Positions 47,303 to 57,008 of a DNA stretch of 64,000 nt are shown one piece after another; position 1 is the stretch's first letter; each line of letters begins with the position of its first letter. The DNA lies in NCBI GenBank assembly GCA_015064065.1, contig SVSY01000001.1, positions 1,460 to 65,459 on the forward strand, written 5' to 3'. Under the pieces are notes generated by a model, which had not been told where the DNA came from, did not search any database, and saw only the letters and a program-made list of their open reading frames with translations. Made by a program: the position numbers and the translations under genes. Source of the stretch: Oscillospiraceae bacterium (GTDB lineage Bacteria > Bacillota > Clostridia > Oscillospirales > CAG-272).

Positions 47303-49801
47303 ATGGCAGAATATGCAGGACTTCATATTCTGAAAAGTCCTTATCACATAGATAACGAATTCGACTACTTTTTACCTCCCCACCTTCGCGACGAAGTGCG
47401 CGTGGGTGATTTCGTCACCGTGCCCTTCGGAACGGCAAACACAAGGGAGATCGCTTTGGTGGTCTCCCTTAAAGCTTCTCCGAGCAAAGAGCTTCAAAAT
47501 TACAAGCCGATAATATCGGTATGCGACAAAAGGCTTTCTCTGTCGGAGGAGATGCTCGGTCTGTGCTTCTTTATGAAGGAGCAGACGCTCTGCACGGTCG
47601 GAGACGCCGTCAGAAGTATGCTTCCCTCCGCGGCGCTCACAAAGCCGCACGAGATATACAAGTGCACCGATACCGAGCCGAACAGACGCTCGCTTGACTC
47701 GGTGACCCTGTTTATTCTTGACTACATAAGAAAAAAGAAAAAGGTCGACTTTGAAAATCTCAAATCGCATTTCGGTCCTGCCGCAAAGCCTACTGTAAAA
47801 AAGCTGATCGAGACGGGACTTATCGAGAAGGATTACGAGATACGCGAGAGCGCTGTGAGATACGAGCGTTCCTATAAGCTCGCTGTCGACACAGAGACGG
47901 CAAAGCAGATCAAGGACCGCACGGATACCGTGTTCCGTCTGCGCTCTGCCGCACATATTTCTATAGTCTCCTACCTGCTTGACAAGGAAGGAATGGAGAT
48001 ATCCGAAAAACAGCTTACCGAAGACTGCGCGGTTACTTACACTCAGCTTAAAGCTCTTTGCGACAAGGGTATCCTCGAAAAGATATCCAAGCAGGTGGAC
48101 AGAAGTCTGCCTCTCGTGCAGCTTGAGGAATATTTGAACGTCCAAAAAGATCCGATAAAGCTCAACGACGAGCAGAGCACGGCATTCGAGACGCTCAGAC
48201 AGCTTGCCGACAGCGGCGAGCCGAAGGCGGCGCTTCTCTTCGGTGTAACGGGAAGCGGGAAGACCTCGGTAATGATGAAAACTATCGACCACGTTCTTGA
48301 GCAGAATAAGAGCGTTATAGTTCTTCTGCCCGAGATATCGCTCACCCCGCAAACGCTCGACATATTCTGCTCGCGATACGGAAACGAGGTGGCCATAATC
48401 CACTCGGGACTGTCCGACGGAGAGCGACTCGACACGCACAGAAGAATAAAGCGCGGCGAGGTAAAGGTGGTCATTGGAACTCGTTCGGCGGTATTTGCAC
48501 CGCTTGACGACCTCGGAATGATAATCATAGACGAGGAACAGGAGCACACCTACAAATCCGACCAAGACCCGAAGTACCACGCTCGCGACATCGCGCGATA
48601 CAGAGTGAACAAACACTCGGCACTCCTGCTTTTAGCCTCGGCGACTCCCTCGTTTGAGAGCTACACTAAGGCTATTGAAGGAAAATATACACTCGTTCAG
48701 TTAAAAAGCAGATACGGAAACGCAAAACTTCCGCGTGTTTCCGTAGTCGATATGAGAAAAAATTCCTCGGGCACGCTCGCGTCTCCGCTTGGAAACGCGC
48801 TTTGCGAGCGTCTTGTGGAGAACAAGCAGAAAAACGAGCAGTCTATCCTTTTCATCAACAGAAGAGGATACAACAGCTTCGTATCCTGCCGAAGCTGCGG
48901 CGAAGCGGTTTCCTGCCCTACCTGCAGTGTTTCTATGACCTATCACACGCTCCCCTCTTCTTACGAGCAGGGCGAGCTACGCTGTCATTGGTGCGGACGC
49001 AGAATGCCTCTGCCGAAAGTCTGCCCGTCTTGCGAGAGCGAGCATATCTCGAGAATGGGATACGGCACGCAACGCATCGAGCAGGAGCTCGGCACGCTTC
49101 TTCCCGACTCGACCATCTTGCGAATGGATACCGACACTACGGGAACTAAAAACGCCTACGGTGAGATACTCGGAAAATTCAAGCGTCAGGAAGCCGACGT
49201 GCTTCTCGGTACACAAATGGTAACTAAGGGGCACGATTTTCCGAACGTAACGCTGGTCGGAGTAATGCTTGCAGACGCATCGCTCTACCTTGACGACTAC
49301 CGCGCCGCCGAGCGAACCTTCTCTATGCTGACTCAGGTCATAGGAAGGGCGGGACGCGCGGATAAGGAGGGAGAGGCGATAATACAAACGAACAACCCCG
49401 ACAACGAATGTATCCGTCTTGCCTGCGAGCAAAATTATGAAAAATTCTACAAAAACGAGATAAGACTTCGCAAGCAGCTCAAATTCCCGCCTTTTTGCGA
49501 CATAGCACTTTTGTCGCTGTCCTCGGCGGACGAAAAAGAGCTTCTGAAGGCATCAAAAATACTTTCGGAGAAATTCTCCGAGCTCGTATCGAAGGAATAC
49601 AGCGACATTCCGATAATGACCTTCGGTCCTTTCGAAGCTCCCGTATATAAGGTAGACAACAAATACAGAATGAGAATGGTAATAAAATGCAAGCTGAACA
49701 AGCGTTCAAGAGCTATGTTCTCAGAGCTCCTTTGTGATTTCTCACGTTCGGGAGCAAAAGGACTTACGCTCTCGATCGATTTCAACCCCTCAACGCTTTG
49801 A
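47303..49801 (+). CDS. priA: Primosomal replication-restart helicase PriA
   Basis: Walker A GVTGSGKT, DEEH box IIDEEQEH, Cys-rich zinc insertion CRSCG...CPTC...CHWCG...CPSC. Confidence 0.93.
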   Translation: MAEYAGLHILKSPYHIDNEFDYFLPPHLRDEVRVGDFVTVPFGTANTREIALVVSLKASPSKELQNYKPIISVCDKRLSLSEEMLGLCFFMKEQTLCTVGDAVRSMLPSAALTKPHEIYKCTDTEPNRRSLDSVTLFILDYIRKKKKVDFENLKSHFGPAAKPTVKKLIETGLIEKDYEIRESAVRYERSYKLAVDTETAKQIKDRTDTVFRLRSAAHISIVSYLLDKEGMEISEKQLTEDCAVTYTQLKALCDKGILEKISKQVDRSLPLVQLEEYLNVQKDPIKLNDEQSTAFETLRQLADSGEPKAALLFGVTGSGKTSVMMKTIDHVLEQNKSVIVLLPEISLTPQTLDIFCSRYGNEVAIIHSGLSDGERLDTHRRIKRGEVKVVIGTRSAVFAPLDDLGMIIIDEEQEHTYKSDQDPKYHARDIARYRVNKHSALLLLASATPSFESYTKAIEGKYTLVQLKSRYGNAKLPRVSVVDMRKNSSGTLASPLGNALCERLVENKQKNEQSILFINRRGYNSFVSCRSCGEAVSCPTCSVSMTYHTLPSSYEQGELRCHWCGRRMPLPKVCPSCESEHISRMGYGTQRIEQELGTLLPDSTILRMDTDTTGTKNAYGEILGKFKRQEADVLLGTQMVTKGHDFPNVTLVGVMLADASLYLDDYRAAERTFSMLTQVIGRAGRADKEGEAIIQTNNPDNECIRLACEQNYEKFYKNEIRLRKQLKFPPFCDIALLSLSSADEKELLKASKILSEKFSELVSKEYSDIPIMTFGPFEAPVYKVDNKYRMRMVIKCKLNKRSRAMFSELLCDFSRSGAKGLTLSIDFNPSTL

Positions 49802-49837
49802 GAACTGCAGGATTTACCAAAATAAAAGGAGAAAATT

Positions 49838-50296
49838 ATGGCAAAGCTAAAGATAGTTAAAATTGGTGACGATACGCTTCGTTGCGTTTGCCGTCCCGTT
49901 GATAAAATAACTCCCCGCATCATCCGCCTTCTCGACGATATGACCGAGACTATGCGCGCTGCTGACGGCGTCGGACTTGCCGCACCGCAGGTCGGAGTAC
50001 TTCGCAGAATAGTCGTTATCGAAACTCCCGACGAGGGACTTATCGAGCTCATCAACCCCAAGATCATAGCATATTCGGGTGAACAGGAAAGCGAAGAAGG
50101 CTGCCTTTCTATTCCGGGAAGATGGGGCGTTACCCGCCGTCCTATGCACGTAACGGTCAGAGCACTTAACAGATACGGCGAAAGCTTTGATATGACGGGC
50201 TCGGGACTTCTGGCAAAAGCATTCTGCCACGAGCTCGACCATCTTGACGGCAAGCTTTATATCGATTGTGCTATAAGAATGGACAACGACGAATAA
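49838..50296 (+). CDS. def: Peptide deformylase
   Basis: GVGLAAPQVG, EGCLSIPG and HELDHLDG motifs. Confidence 0.94.
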   Translation: MAKLKIVKIGDDTLRCVCRPVDKITPRIIRLLDDMTETMRAADGVGLAAPQVGVLRRIVVIETPDEGLIELINPKIIAYSGEQESEEGCLSIPGRWGVTRRPMHVTVRALNRYGESFDMTGSGLLAKAFCHELDHLDGKLYIDCAIRMDNDE

Positions 50297-50308
50297 CGGG
50301 GTGGCGAT

Positions 50309-51250
50309 ATGAAAATACTTTTTATGGGCACTCCCGATTTCGCGCTATTCTCTCTCAAAGCACTCGTTGAGTCGGGAAAGCACGAGATCTGCGGAGTCGT
50401 AACACAGCCCGACAAGCCTAAAGGAAGAGGATACGCGCTTCTTCCGCCTCCGGTAAAGGTATATGCCGAGCAAGCGGGAATTCCCGTTTATCAGCCGAAC
50501 ACGCTCAGAGACGAAGACTTCGCTTCCCTGCTCGACAGCATCGCACCCGAGCTTATTGCCGTGGTCGCATACGGAAAGATACTTCCAAAAAACGTTATAG
50601 ACTACCCTGAATACGGCTGTATCAACGTACACGGCTCGCTTCTTCCCGAATACAGAGGTGCCGCCCCTATGCAAAGAGCTGTCATAGACGGAAAAAAGGT
50701 AACGGGAATAACGACTATGTATATGGCTGAAGGACTCGACACGGGGGATATGCTTCTCAAATACGAGCTTCCTATCGGCGAGAACGACAATTTTGAGGTG
50801 GTCCACGACTCGCTCGGCGAGCTTGGAGCTAAGGCTCTGCTCGATACCGTAGATCTTCTGGCACGCGGAGAAGCAGTTAGAATACCGCAGGACGACTCGC
50901 TTGCGACCTACGCGAAAAAGATAACCAAGGAGGATTGCCTGCTTGACTTTTCGCTTGACGCACGCACGCTTCACGATCTTATCAGAGGTCTGTCTCCTAT
51001 ACCGCTTGCATACACTCACACCCCCGACGGCAAGCTTCTCAAGGTCATCGAATCGAGAGTCGCTGACGAGAGTGCCGAGCACGGCGACGAAGAATGCGGA
51101 AAGGTGATCTCTCTTGAGCACGGAATTGAAGTTGCTTGTAAGCACGGTTCGATAACTATCCTCCGTCTCCTTCCCGAAGGCAAGTCAAGAATGTCGGCGG
51201 ACGATTTTATAAGAGGAAGAAAAATTGCTATAGGCGATAAGCTTTCCTGA
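50309..51250 (+). CDS. fmt: Methionyl-tRNA formyltransferase
   Basis: INVHGSLLPEYRGAAP and GLDTGDML motifs. Confidence 0.93.
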   Translation: MKILFMGTPDFALFSLKALVESGKHEICGVVTQPDKPKGRGYALLPPPVKVYAEQAGIPVYQPNTLRDEDFASLLDSIAPELIAVVAYGKILPKNVIDYPEYGCINVHGSLLPEYRGAAPMQRAVIDGKKVTGITTMYMAEGLDTGDMLLKYELPIGENDNFEVVHDSLGELGAKALLDTVDLLARGEAVRIPQDDSLATYAKKITKEDCLLDFSLDARTLHDLIRGLSPIPLAYTHTPDGKLLKVIESRVADESAEHGDEECGKVISLEHGIEVACKHGSITILRLLPEGKSRMSADDFIRGRKIAIGDKLS

Positions 51251-51280
51251 TATCGCCTGCAGAAAGGTTGATATATTACT

Positions 51281-51979
51281 ATGTTCGGACTTTTCAGGTT
51301 CGACTGGACTATTCTTTTGGTCATTCCGGGATTTTTGGTCTCGATATGGGCACAGATGAAGGTCTCGTCTACCTTTAATAAATACTCGCAGATGCGCACA
51401 AAACGCGGAATGACGGGCTATGATGCCGCAAGAAAGATACTCGACTCGAACGGACTTGCTCACGTTCGCATTGAGCTTACGGGCGGACATCTGTCAGACC
51501 ATTACGACCCGAGAAAAAACGTAATACGTCTCTCGAACGGCGTTTACAATTCAAGCTCCCCCGCAGCTATAGGCGTTGCCGCACACGAGGCGGGACACGC
51601 GATACAGTACGCGACGCAATACGCGCCGATCAAGCTCCGCGCAGGACTTGTTTCTATAACGCAGTTCGGCTCGGTACTCGCTATACCTCTCTTTTTCATA
51701 GGACTCATTATGGCAAGCGACGGACTTATGCTCGCGGGAATACTGCTCTACTCGGCTATCGCATTCTTTCAGCTCGTTACCCTTCCCGTTGAATTCAACG
51801 CATCTGGAAGAGCACTCAAGGTGCTCTCAAGCTCAGGAATGCTCGACAAAAACGAGCTTGACGCATCGCGCAAGGTGCTTACCGCTGCCGCGCTGACCTA
51901 CGTTGCGGCTCTCCTCACCTCGCTTCTGACACTTCTCAGACTTCTTCTACTCGCTAATAGCAGAGGAAACAGAAAATGA
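51281..51979 (+). CDS. Membrane zinc metallopeptidase (YugP-like neutral zinc peptidase family)
   Basis: HEAGHAIQ (HExxH) plus N- and C-terminal TM helices. Confidence 0.75.
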   Translation: MFGLFRFDWTILLVIPGFLVSIWAQMKVSSTFNKYSQMRTKRGMTGYDAARKILDSNGLAHVRIELTGGHLSDHYDPRKNVIRLSNGVYNSSSPAAIGVAAHEAGHAIQYATQYAPIKLRAGLVSITQFGSVLAIPLFFIGLIMASDGLMLAGILLYSAIAFFQLVTLPVEFNASGRALKVLSSSGMLDKNELDASRKVLTAAALTYVAALLTSLLTLLRLLLLANSRGNRK

Positions 51980-53268
51980 CAAACACACAAAATCCCAGAA
52001 TGCTTGCGTTTGAGCTTTTGCAGAAAGCAGAAAAAAGCAAGCAATATTCCAATATAGCTCTCGATCACGCGCTTGAGGACAGTAATATGAAAGAGGCTGA
52101 CAAGCGTCTTTCGTCTATTCTGTTCTACGGCGTGACGGAGCGAAGGATAACGCTCGATCACCGCATAACCGAGCTATCCTCGCGAAAGCTCGACGAGCTT
52201 GACGGTAAAGTACTGTGCGCTCTGCGCATCGGACTTTATCAGCTTATCTATCTTGACCGCATACCTCCGCACGCCGCTATCAACGAGACGGTCGCACTAT
52301 GCCCTAAGAAAAGCGCGGGATTTGTAAATGCTATCCTTCGCGCGCACACGCGTACTCCGATGACCGCGCCGAAGAGCGACGACCCTGCAACGCTTCTCTC
52401 TCTTACTTACTCGGTATGCCCTGCTTTAGCGAAGAGATTTATAGACGACTTCGGCATTGAAGAAGCGCGCGCGATACTTAGCGGTTTTGACAAGACGGCA
52501 AAGACAACACTGCGAGTCAACACGCTCAAAGTTGACAGAGAGACTCTTCTTGGCGCTATCGACGGCGCACAGACTACTCAAAATTCCCCCGTTGGTCTGT
52601 TTGCAAGCGGATCTGTACGCTCGCTTTACGGATTTGACGACGGGCTCTTCTTCGTTCAGGACGAGGCATCGCAGATCTGCGTTGAGGTGCTTGGGGCGAC
52701 TGAAGGCGATCTTATGCTTGATATCTGCTCCTGTCCGGGCTCAAAAAGCTTCGGCTCGGCAATAAAAATGAAGGATAAAGGTCGTATTATCGCGTTTGAC
52801 CTTCACGAAAACAAGCTCTCTTTAGTAAGCAATGGCGCTGAACGTCTTGGTATAGATATCATAGAAACACACGCCGAAGACGGCAGAAGCTTTATTCCCG
52901 AGCTTGAGCTTTGCGCCGACAGAGTTCTTTGCGACGTTCCCTGCTCGGGCTTTGGCGTTCTATCTAAGAAGCCTGAGCTTCGTTACAAAGACCCCGCAGG
53001 ATCCGCTCGCCTGCCCGAGATACAGTTAGCAATTCTTGAAAACGCATCAAGATACGTAAAGCGCGGCGGAGTGCTCGTATATTCTACCTGCACCCTCCTT
53101 TCCTCCGAGAACGAGGATAACGTGAATGCCTTTCTTTCAAAGCACCCCGAATTCGAGCTTGTCCCCTGGAAGATAGGCGATATATCTGCCGAACGCGGAT
53201 ATCTTACGCTCTATCCCCACGTTCACGGCACGGACGGATTTTTTATCGCTAAACTTATAAGAAAGTGA
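51976..53268 (+). CDS. rsmB: 16S rRNA (cytosine967-C5)-methyltransferase
   Basis: NusB-like N-terminus, then DICSCPGSKS, DVPCSGFG and YSTCTL motifs; ATGA overlap with the upstream gene. Confidence 0.88.
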   Translation: MTNTQNPRMLAFELLQKAEKSKQYSNIALDHALEDSNMKEADKRLSSILFYGVTERRITLDHRITELSSRKLDELDGKVLCALRIGLYQLIYLDRIPPHAAINETVALCPKKSAGFVNAILRAHTRTPMTAPKSDDPATLLSLTYSVCPALAKRFIDDFGIEEARAILSGFDKTAKTTLRVNTLKVDRETLLGAIDGAQTTQNSPVGLFASGSVRSLYGFDDGLFFVQDEASQICVEVLGATEGDLMLDICSCPGSKSFGSAIKMKDKGRIIAFDLHENKLSLVSNGAERLGIDIIETHAEDGRSFIPELELCADRVLCDVPCSGFGVLSKKPELRYKDPAGSARLPEIQLAILENASRYVKRGGVLVYSTCTLLSSENEDNVNAFLSKHPEFELVPWKIGDISAERGYLTLYPHVHGTDGFFIAKLIRK

Positions 53269-53276
53269 CCGTATAT

Positions 53277-54341
53277 ATGGATACACAAAAGACCGACCTT
53301 CTATCGCTCCTTCCCGACGAGCTCGAAAAATTCATCATATCTCTCGGTGAGCCGAAATACCGCTCAAAACAGCTTTTTTCGCAGATGCACAAGGGCGTCT
53401 CTCCCGACGATATGACTAATATCGGTAAGGCAACTAAGGAAAAGCTTTCGAAAAGCGCATACTATTCCTTGCCCGTCATTCGCAGAAAGCTCGTCTCGGC
53501 AATAGACGGCACGGTAAAATATCTTTTTGAGCTTTCGGACTTTAATTCGGTCGAAAGCGTGGTAATGAAATACAAGCACGGAAACACCATCTGCGTATCT
53601 TCGCAGGTCGGTTGCCGTATGGGCTGTGCCTTCTGCGCGTCCACGATCGGCGGCAAGGTGCGCGACCTTACTCCATCCGAAATACTCGGACAGGTGCTCG
53701 TGGCGCAGAAGGACACGGGCGAGCGCATCTCAAATATCGTTATGATGGGGATCGGCGAGCCGCTTGACAACTACGACAACGTAATAAGATTTTTAAGACT
53801 TGTCGGTGCTGAGGACGGTATGAATATCGGATACCGCCACATTTCTCTTTCGACATGCGGGCTTGTCGATAAGATAGCCCGTCTTGCAAAGGAGGATATG
53901 CCGATAACTCTCTCTATCTCGCTTCACGCCTCCGACGACGAAACGCGAAGCGCGATAATGCCGATCAATAAGAAATGGAGCGTTGACGCGCTTCTTTCGG
54001 CGTGCCGCGAGTATTACGCGGCAACGGGAAGACGTATATCCTTTGAATACACGCTTATCGCGGGAAAGAACGACTCACAAGCCTCTGCCGAAAGGCTTGC
54101 TAAAAAGCTCAATTCGGCACTGCGCCCCTCGAGAAGCGACAGCTTTCCGATACACGTAAACCTAATTCCCGTCAACCCCGTTGAAGAGACTGGATTTACG
54201 AGCTCAGGCAAGCAGGCTGTCACGAAATTTGCCAAAACGCTTGAGGACAACGGAATACGCGCGACCGTACGCAGAACGCTTGGTGCAGACATAAACGCTT
54301 CCTGCGGACAGCTGAGGCGCGAAGAGGAAAAGAAAAAATAA
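53277..54341 (+). CDS. rlmN: 23S rRNA/tRNA (adenine-C2)-methyltransferase, radical SAM
   Basis: CRMGCAFCAS cluster motif and C-terminal catalytic Cys (INASCGQL). Start could alternatively be the GTG at 53265. Confidence 0.92.
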   Translation: MDTQKTDLLSLLPDELEKFIISLGEPKYRSKQLFSQMHKGVSPDDMTNIGKATKEKLSKSAYYSLPVIRRKLVSAIDGTVKYLFELSDFNSVESVVMKYKHGNTICVSSQVGCRMGCAFCASTIGGKVRDLTPSEILGQVLVAQKDTGERISNIVMMGIGEPLDNYDNVIRFLRLVGAEDGMNIGYRHISLSTCGLVDKIARLAKEDMPITLSISLHASDDETRSAIMPINKKWSVDALLSACREYYAATGRRISFEYTLIAGKNDSQASAERLAKKLNSALRPSRSDSFPIHVNLIPVNPVEETGFTSSGKQAVTKFAKTLEDNGIRATVRRTLGADINASCGQLRREEEKKK

Positions 54342-54382
54342 CCAAGACCCCTCTGTATACATATTTTTTACAGAGGTGCAAA

Positions 54383-55372
54383 ATGAGATTTCATTTTTCA
54401 AAAAAGAAGGTGCAAGGAGTGCGTCGCTCGCGCGCACTGTCCTTGCACAAGTGCTGTTCTATAGAAAAAATAAGCTCGCTGAGGACGACCGATGAAAAGG
54501 AACGAATAGACCTTTTCGGTGTTTTTGAAGAAGACGCGCCAAAAAAGAGAAGCTCTTTTCTCAAAAAGCTAAAAAAAGCCTTTAGCGTTTTCTTTCACAA
54601 AAAACGACGACCGCCCGCAAATACCGCACGCATCTTCGGTGCTGTATGCGGAGCTTTTGCTCTTACGCTTTGCGCAGGTATATCTACCGTTGCTCTGCTT
54701 TTCGGCAGATACGCGGGAAGCTATACCGAAGTGGTCATTCCCTCTTTCGTTTCGCTTTCTTCAGACGAGGCGCTCGCAACTCAAAGCGAGCTGTTTGAAT
54801 ATTCGCTCTCTTACAGCTTTGACCCTGAGCGCGAAGCGAACGAGATAATATCGCAAGCCCCATCGCCGAACGTAATACGCAAGCTCTATTCAAAAGATCA
54901 AAAAATACGGATCCTTCTCACAGTCAATAAGCCAAAAGAGGATTTCATACTTCCCAAAACGGTAGGTACGCGTACGCGCGATGCCGAGCTGATGCTAAAA
55001 AACGCAGGCGTCGACGCGATCTTGCTTCAAGAATATTCCGACACCGTCCCTCAGGGCACGGTAATATCTTGCTCGCACGTTGCGGGCACGGCATTAAAAG
55101 AGGGAGAGAGGGTCATACTGACCTCAAGCAAAGGTCCTAAGATGCGTTACGTTCAAATGCCCGACCTCGTCGGACTTTGCGAGAGCGAGGCTATAGAACG
55201 CTTAAACGCTCTTGCTTTAAAAGTCGGCAGCATAACCTACTCGGCATCAGGTCTTGCGGCGGGTACTGTGATATCCCAAAGCCAAAAAGCAGGAGATATG
55301 CTTGCCGAAAGAACGGCGATATCGCTGACGGTAAGCGCGGGAAGATATTTTAACACAGATGACAGACACTAA
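54383..55372 (+). CDS. Membrane protein with three extracellular PASTA domains and no kinase domain
   Basis: ~90-aa basic N-terminus, one TM helix (IFGAVCGAFALTLCAGISTVALLF), then three PASTA-like repeats (e.g. PDLVGLCESEAIERLNALALKVGSITY...ISLTVSAG); AGAGGTG RBS. Confidence 0.7.
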   Translation: MRFHFSKKKVQGVRRSRALSLHKCCSIEKISSLRTTDEKERIDLFGVFEEDAPKKRSSFLKKLKKAFSVFFHKKRRPPANTARIFGAVCGAFALTLCAGISTVALLFGRYAGSYTEVVIPSFVSLSSDEALATQSELFEYSLSYSFDPEREANEIISQAPSPNVIRKLYSKDQKIRILLTVNKPKEDFILPKTVGTRTRDAELMLKNAGVDAILLQEYSDTVPQGTVISCSHVAGTALKEGERVILTSSKGPKMRYVQMPDLVGLCESEAIERLNALALKVGSITYSASGLAAGTVISQSQKAGDMLAERTAISLTVSAGRYFNTDDRH

Positions 55373-55388
55373 CAAGGAAGGTTTTTAT

Positions 55389-56366
55389 ATGGGAGAAAGA
55401 CTTCAAGGAAAGATAACTCTCGGAGTCGGCGGACTTTATACGGTCCGCATACTTAGCAGTGAAAACACCGAGCTTCTCACAAAGAGCGTGGTATGCCGCG
55501 CACGAGGCTCGTTTAAACACAATAATATAACTCTGCTCGCCGGAGACAACGTTATTCTATGCCCCGCCAGCGAAGCGGCAGGAGACGTTTTAGATAAAAA
55601 GAACAAGCAAAACACCGACGATTTCGTCATCGACGAGCTTTGCAAGCGCAAAAATTCCCTTATCCGACCTCCCCTTTCAAACCTTGACTATATTTTTATC
55701 ACGATGGCGGCAGCGTCACCCGCGCCGATACTCAGTACCGTCGATAAGCTTATATCTATTGCCGAATTCAACGGAATAGAGCCCATAATAGTTATCACAA
55801 AATGCGAGCTTGACCCCAAATACGCAAACACGCTTGAAGAGCTTTATAAAAAATGCGGCTTTACGGTCTTTTGTCTTTCCGCAAAGGAGGATATTGCAAT
55901 ATCGCCTATCGACGAGTTTATCCGCAACGAGCTTAAGGATGGAAAAACAGCGGCGTTTGCAGGTGCATCGGGTATTGGAAAATCCACTCTTCTCAACCGC
56001 CTTTTCCCCGACCTTGAGCTCTCCACCTCGGAGATAAGCCGCAAGATAGAACGCGGCAGACATACTACGCGCAAAGCAGAGCTCTATCCGCTCTCAGACT
56101 CACAGAATTGCGGTTACGTTGCCGACACCCCCGGATTTTCTATGCTTGATTTTGAACGTTTTGATTTCTTTGAGAAGGACGACCTCGTAAACACTATGCG
56201 AGAGTTCACCCCCTACGTCGGCAAATGTAAGTACACAAAGTGTTCGCATACTAAGGAGGAGGGCTGTGCGATACTCGACGCGCTCAAAGCGGGAGACATT
56301 CCCCGCTCGCGCCACGAAAGCTATTGCGAGCTCTACGACGTACTTAAGACCAAGAAAAAATGGTAA
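55389..56366 (+). CDS. rsgA: Ribosome small-subunit-dependent GTPase A
   Basis: Permuted GTPase (VITKCEL, AGASGIGKSTL) and zinc knuckle CKYTKCSHTKEEGC. Confidence 0.9.
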   Translation: MGERLQGKITLGVGGLYTVRILSSENTELLTKSVVCRARGSFKHNNITLLAGDNVILCPASEAAGDVLDKKNKQNTDDFVIDELCKRKNSLIRPPLSNLDYIFITMAAASPAPILSTVDKLISIAEFNGIEPIIVITKCELDPKYANTLEELYKKCGFTVFCLSAKEDIAISPIDEFIRNELKDGKTAAFAGASGIGKSTLLNRLFPDLELSTSEISRKIERGRHTTRKAELYPLSDSQNCGYVADTPGFSMLDFERFDFFEKDDLVNTMREFTPYVGKCKYTKCSHTKEEGCAILDALKAGDIPRSRHESYCELYDVLKTKKKW

Positions 56367-56381
56367 CGGAGAAATAAACGT

Positions 56382-57008
56382 ATGAAGGCTTTTATCTACG
56401 CAGGCGGTGAGATATTTCCCGACAACATAACCGAACACCCAAAGGCTGACGAGCTTACGGTCGCGGCTGACGGCGGATACAAAAATGCAAAAAGGCTCGG
56501 AGACTCGGTGCAGATACTCGTCGGTGATCTTGACTCGCTCGACCGCTCTGCCATCGACGACAAAGTAAAGGTCGTCACCGTTCCCGCGGATAAGGATTTT
56601 ACCGACACTAAGCTTGCGGCAGACACCGCTATCCGTGAGGGTGCTACAGAGCTTATAATAATCGGCGGGCTTAGCGGAAGACTCGACCATACGCTTGCAA
56701 ATCTCGCACTTCTCAAGGAGCTTACCCTTGCAGGAATATATACCGTGATCACCGACGGCAAAAACCGCGTAAGATATATCGATTCAACGAGCACGCTTAT
56801 AGCGAAGAGCGGATATAAATATCTCTCGCTCATCATCGACAGTGACAAGGTAAAGGGCGTTGACGTCGAGGGCTGTAAGTATCCGCTCAAGAATGCGACT
56901 CTTACCCCTAACGACCAGACTCTGACGATCTCAAACGAGATCATCGGCAACTGTGCGCTCGTCGCAGTAAGACGCGGCGGTCTTTACATCATAGAGAGCG
57001 CAGACTGA
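56382..57008 (+). CDS. thiN: Thiamine diphosphokinase
   Basis: VAADGG, LVGDLDSL and GGLSGRLDH motifs; yloS position after rsgA. Confidence 0.85.
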   Translation: MKAFIYAGGEIFPDNITEHPKADELTVAADGGYKNAKRLGDSVQILVGDLDSLDRSAIDDKVKVVTVPADKDFTDTKLAADTAIREGATELIIIGGLSGRLDHTLANLALLKELTLAGIYTVITDGKNRVRYIDSTSTLIAKSGYKYLSLIIDSDKVKGVDVEGCKYPLKNATLTPNDQTLTISNEIIGNCALVAVRRGGLYIIESAD

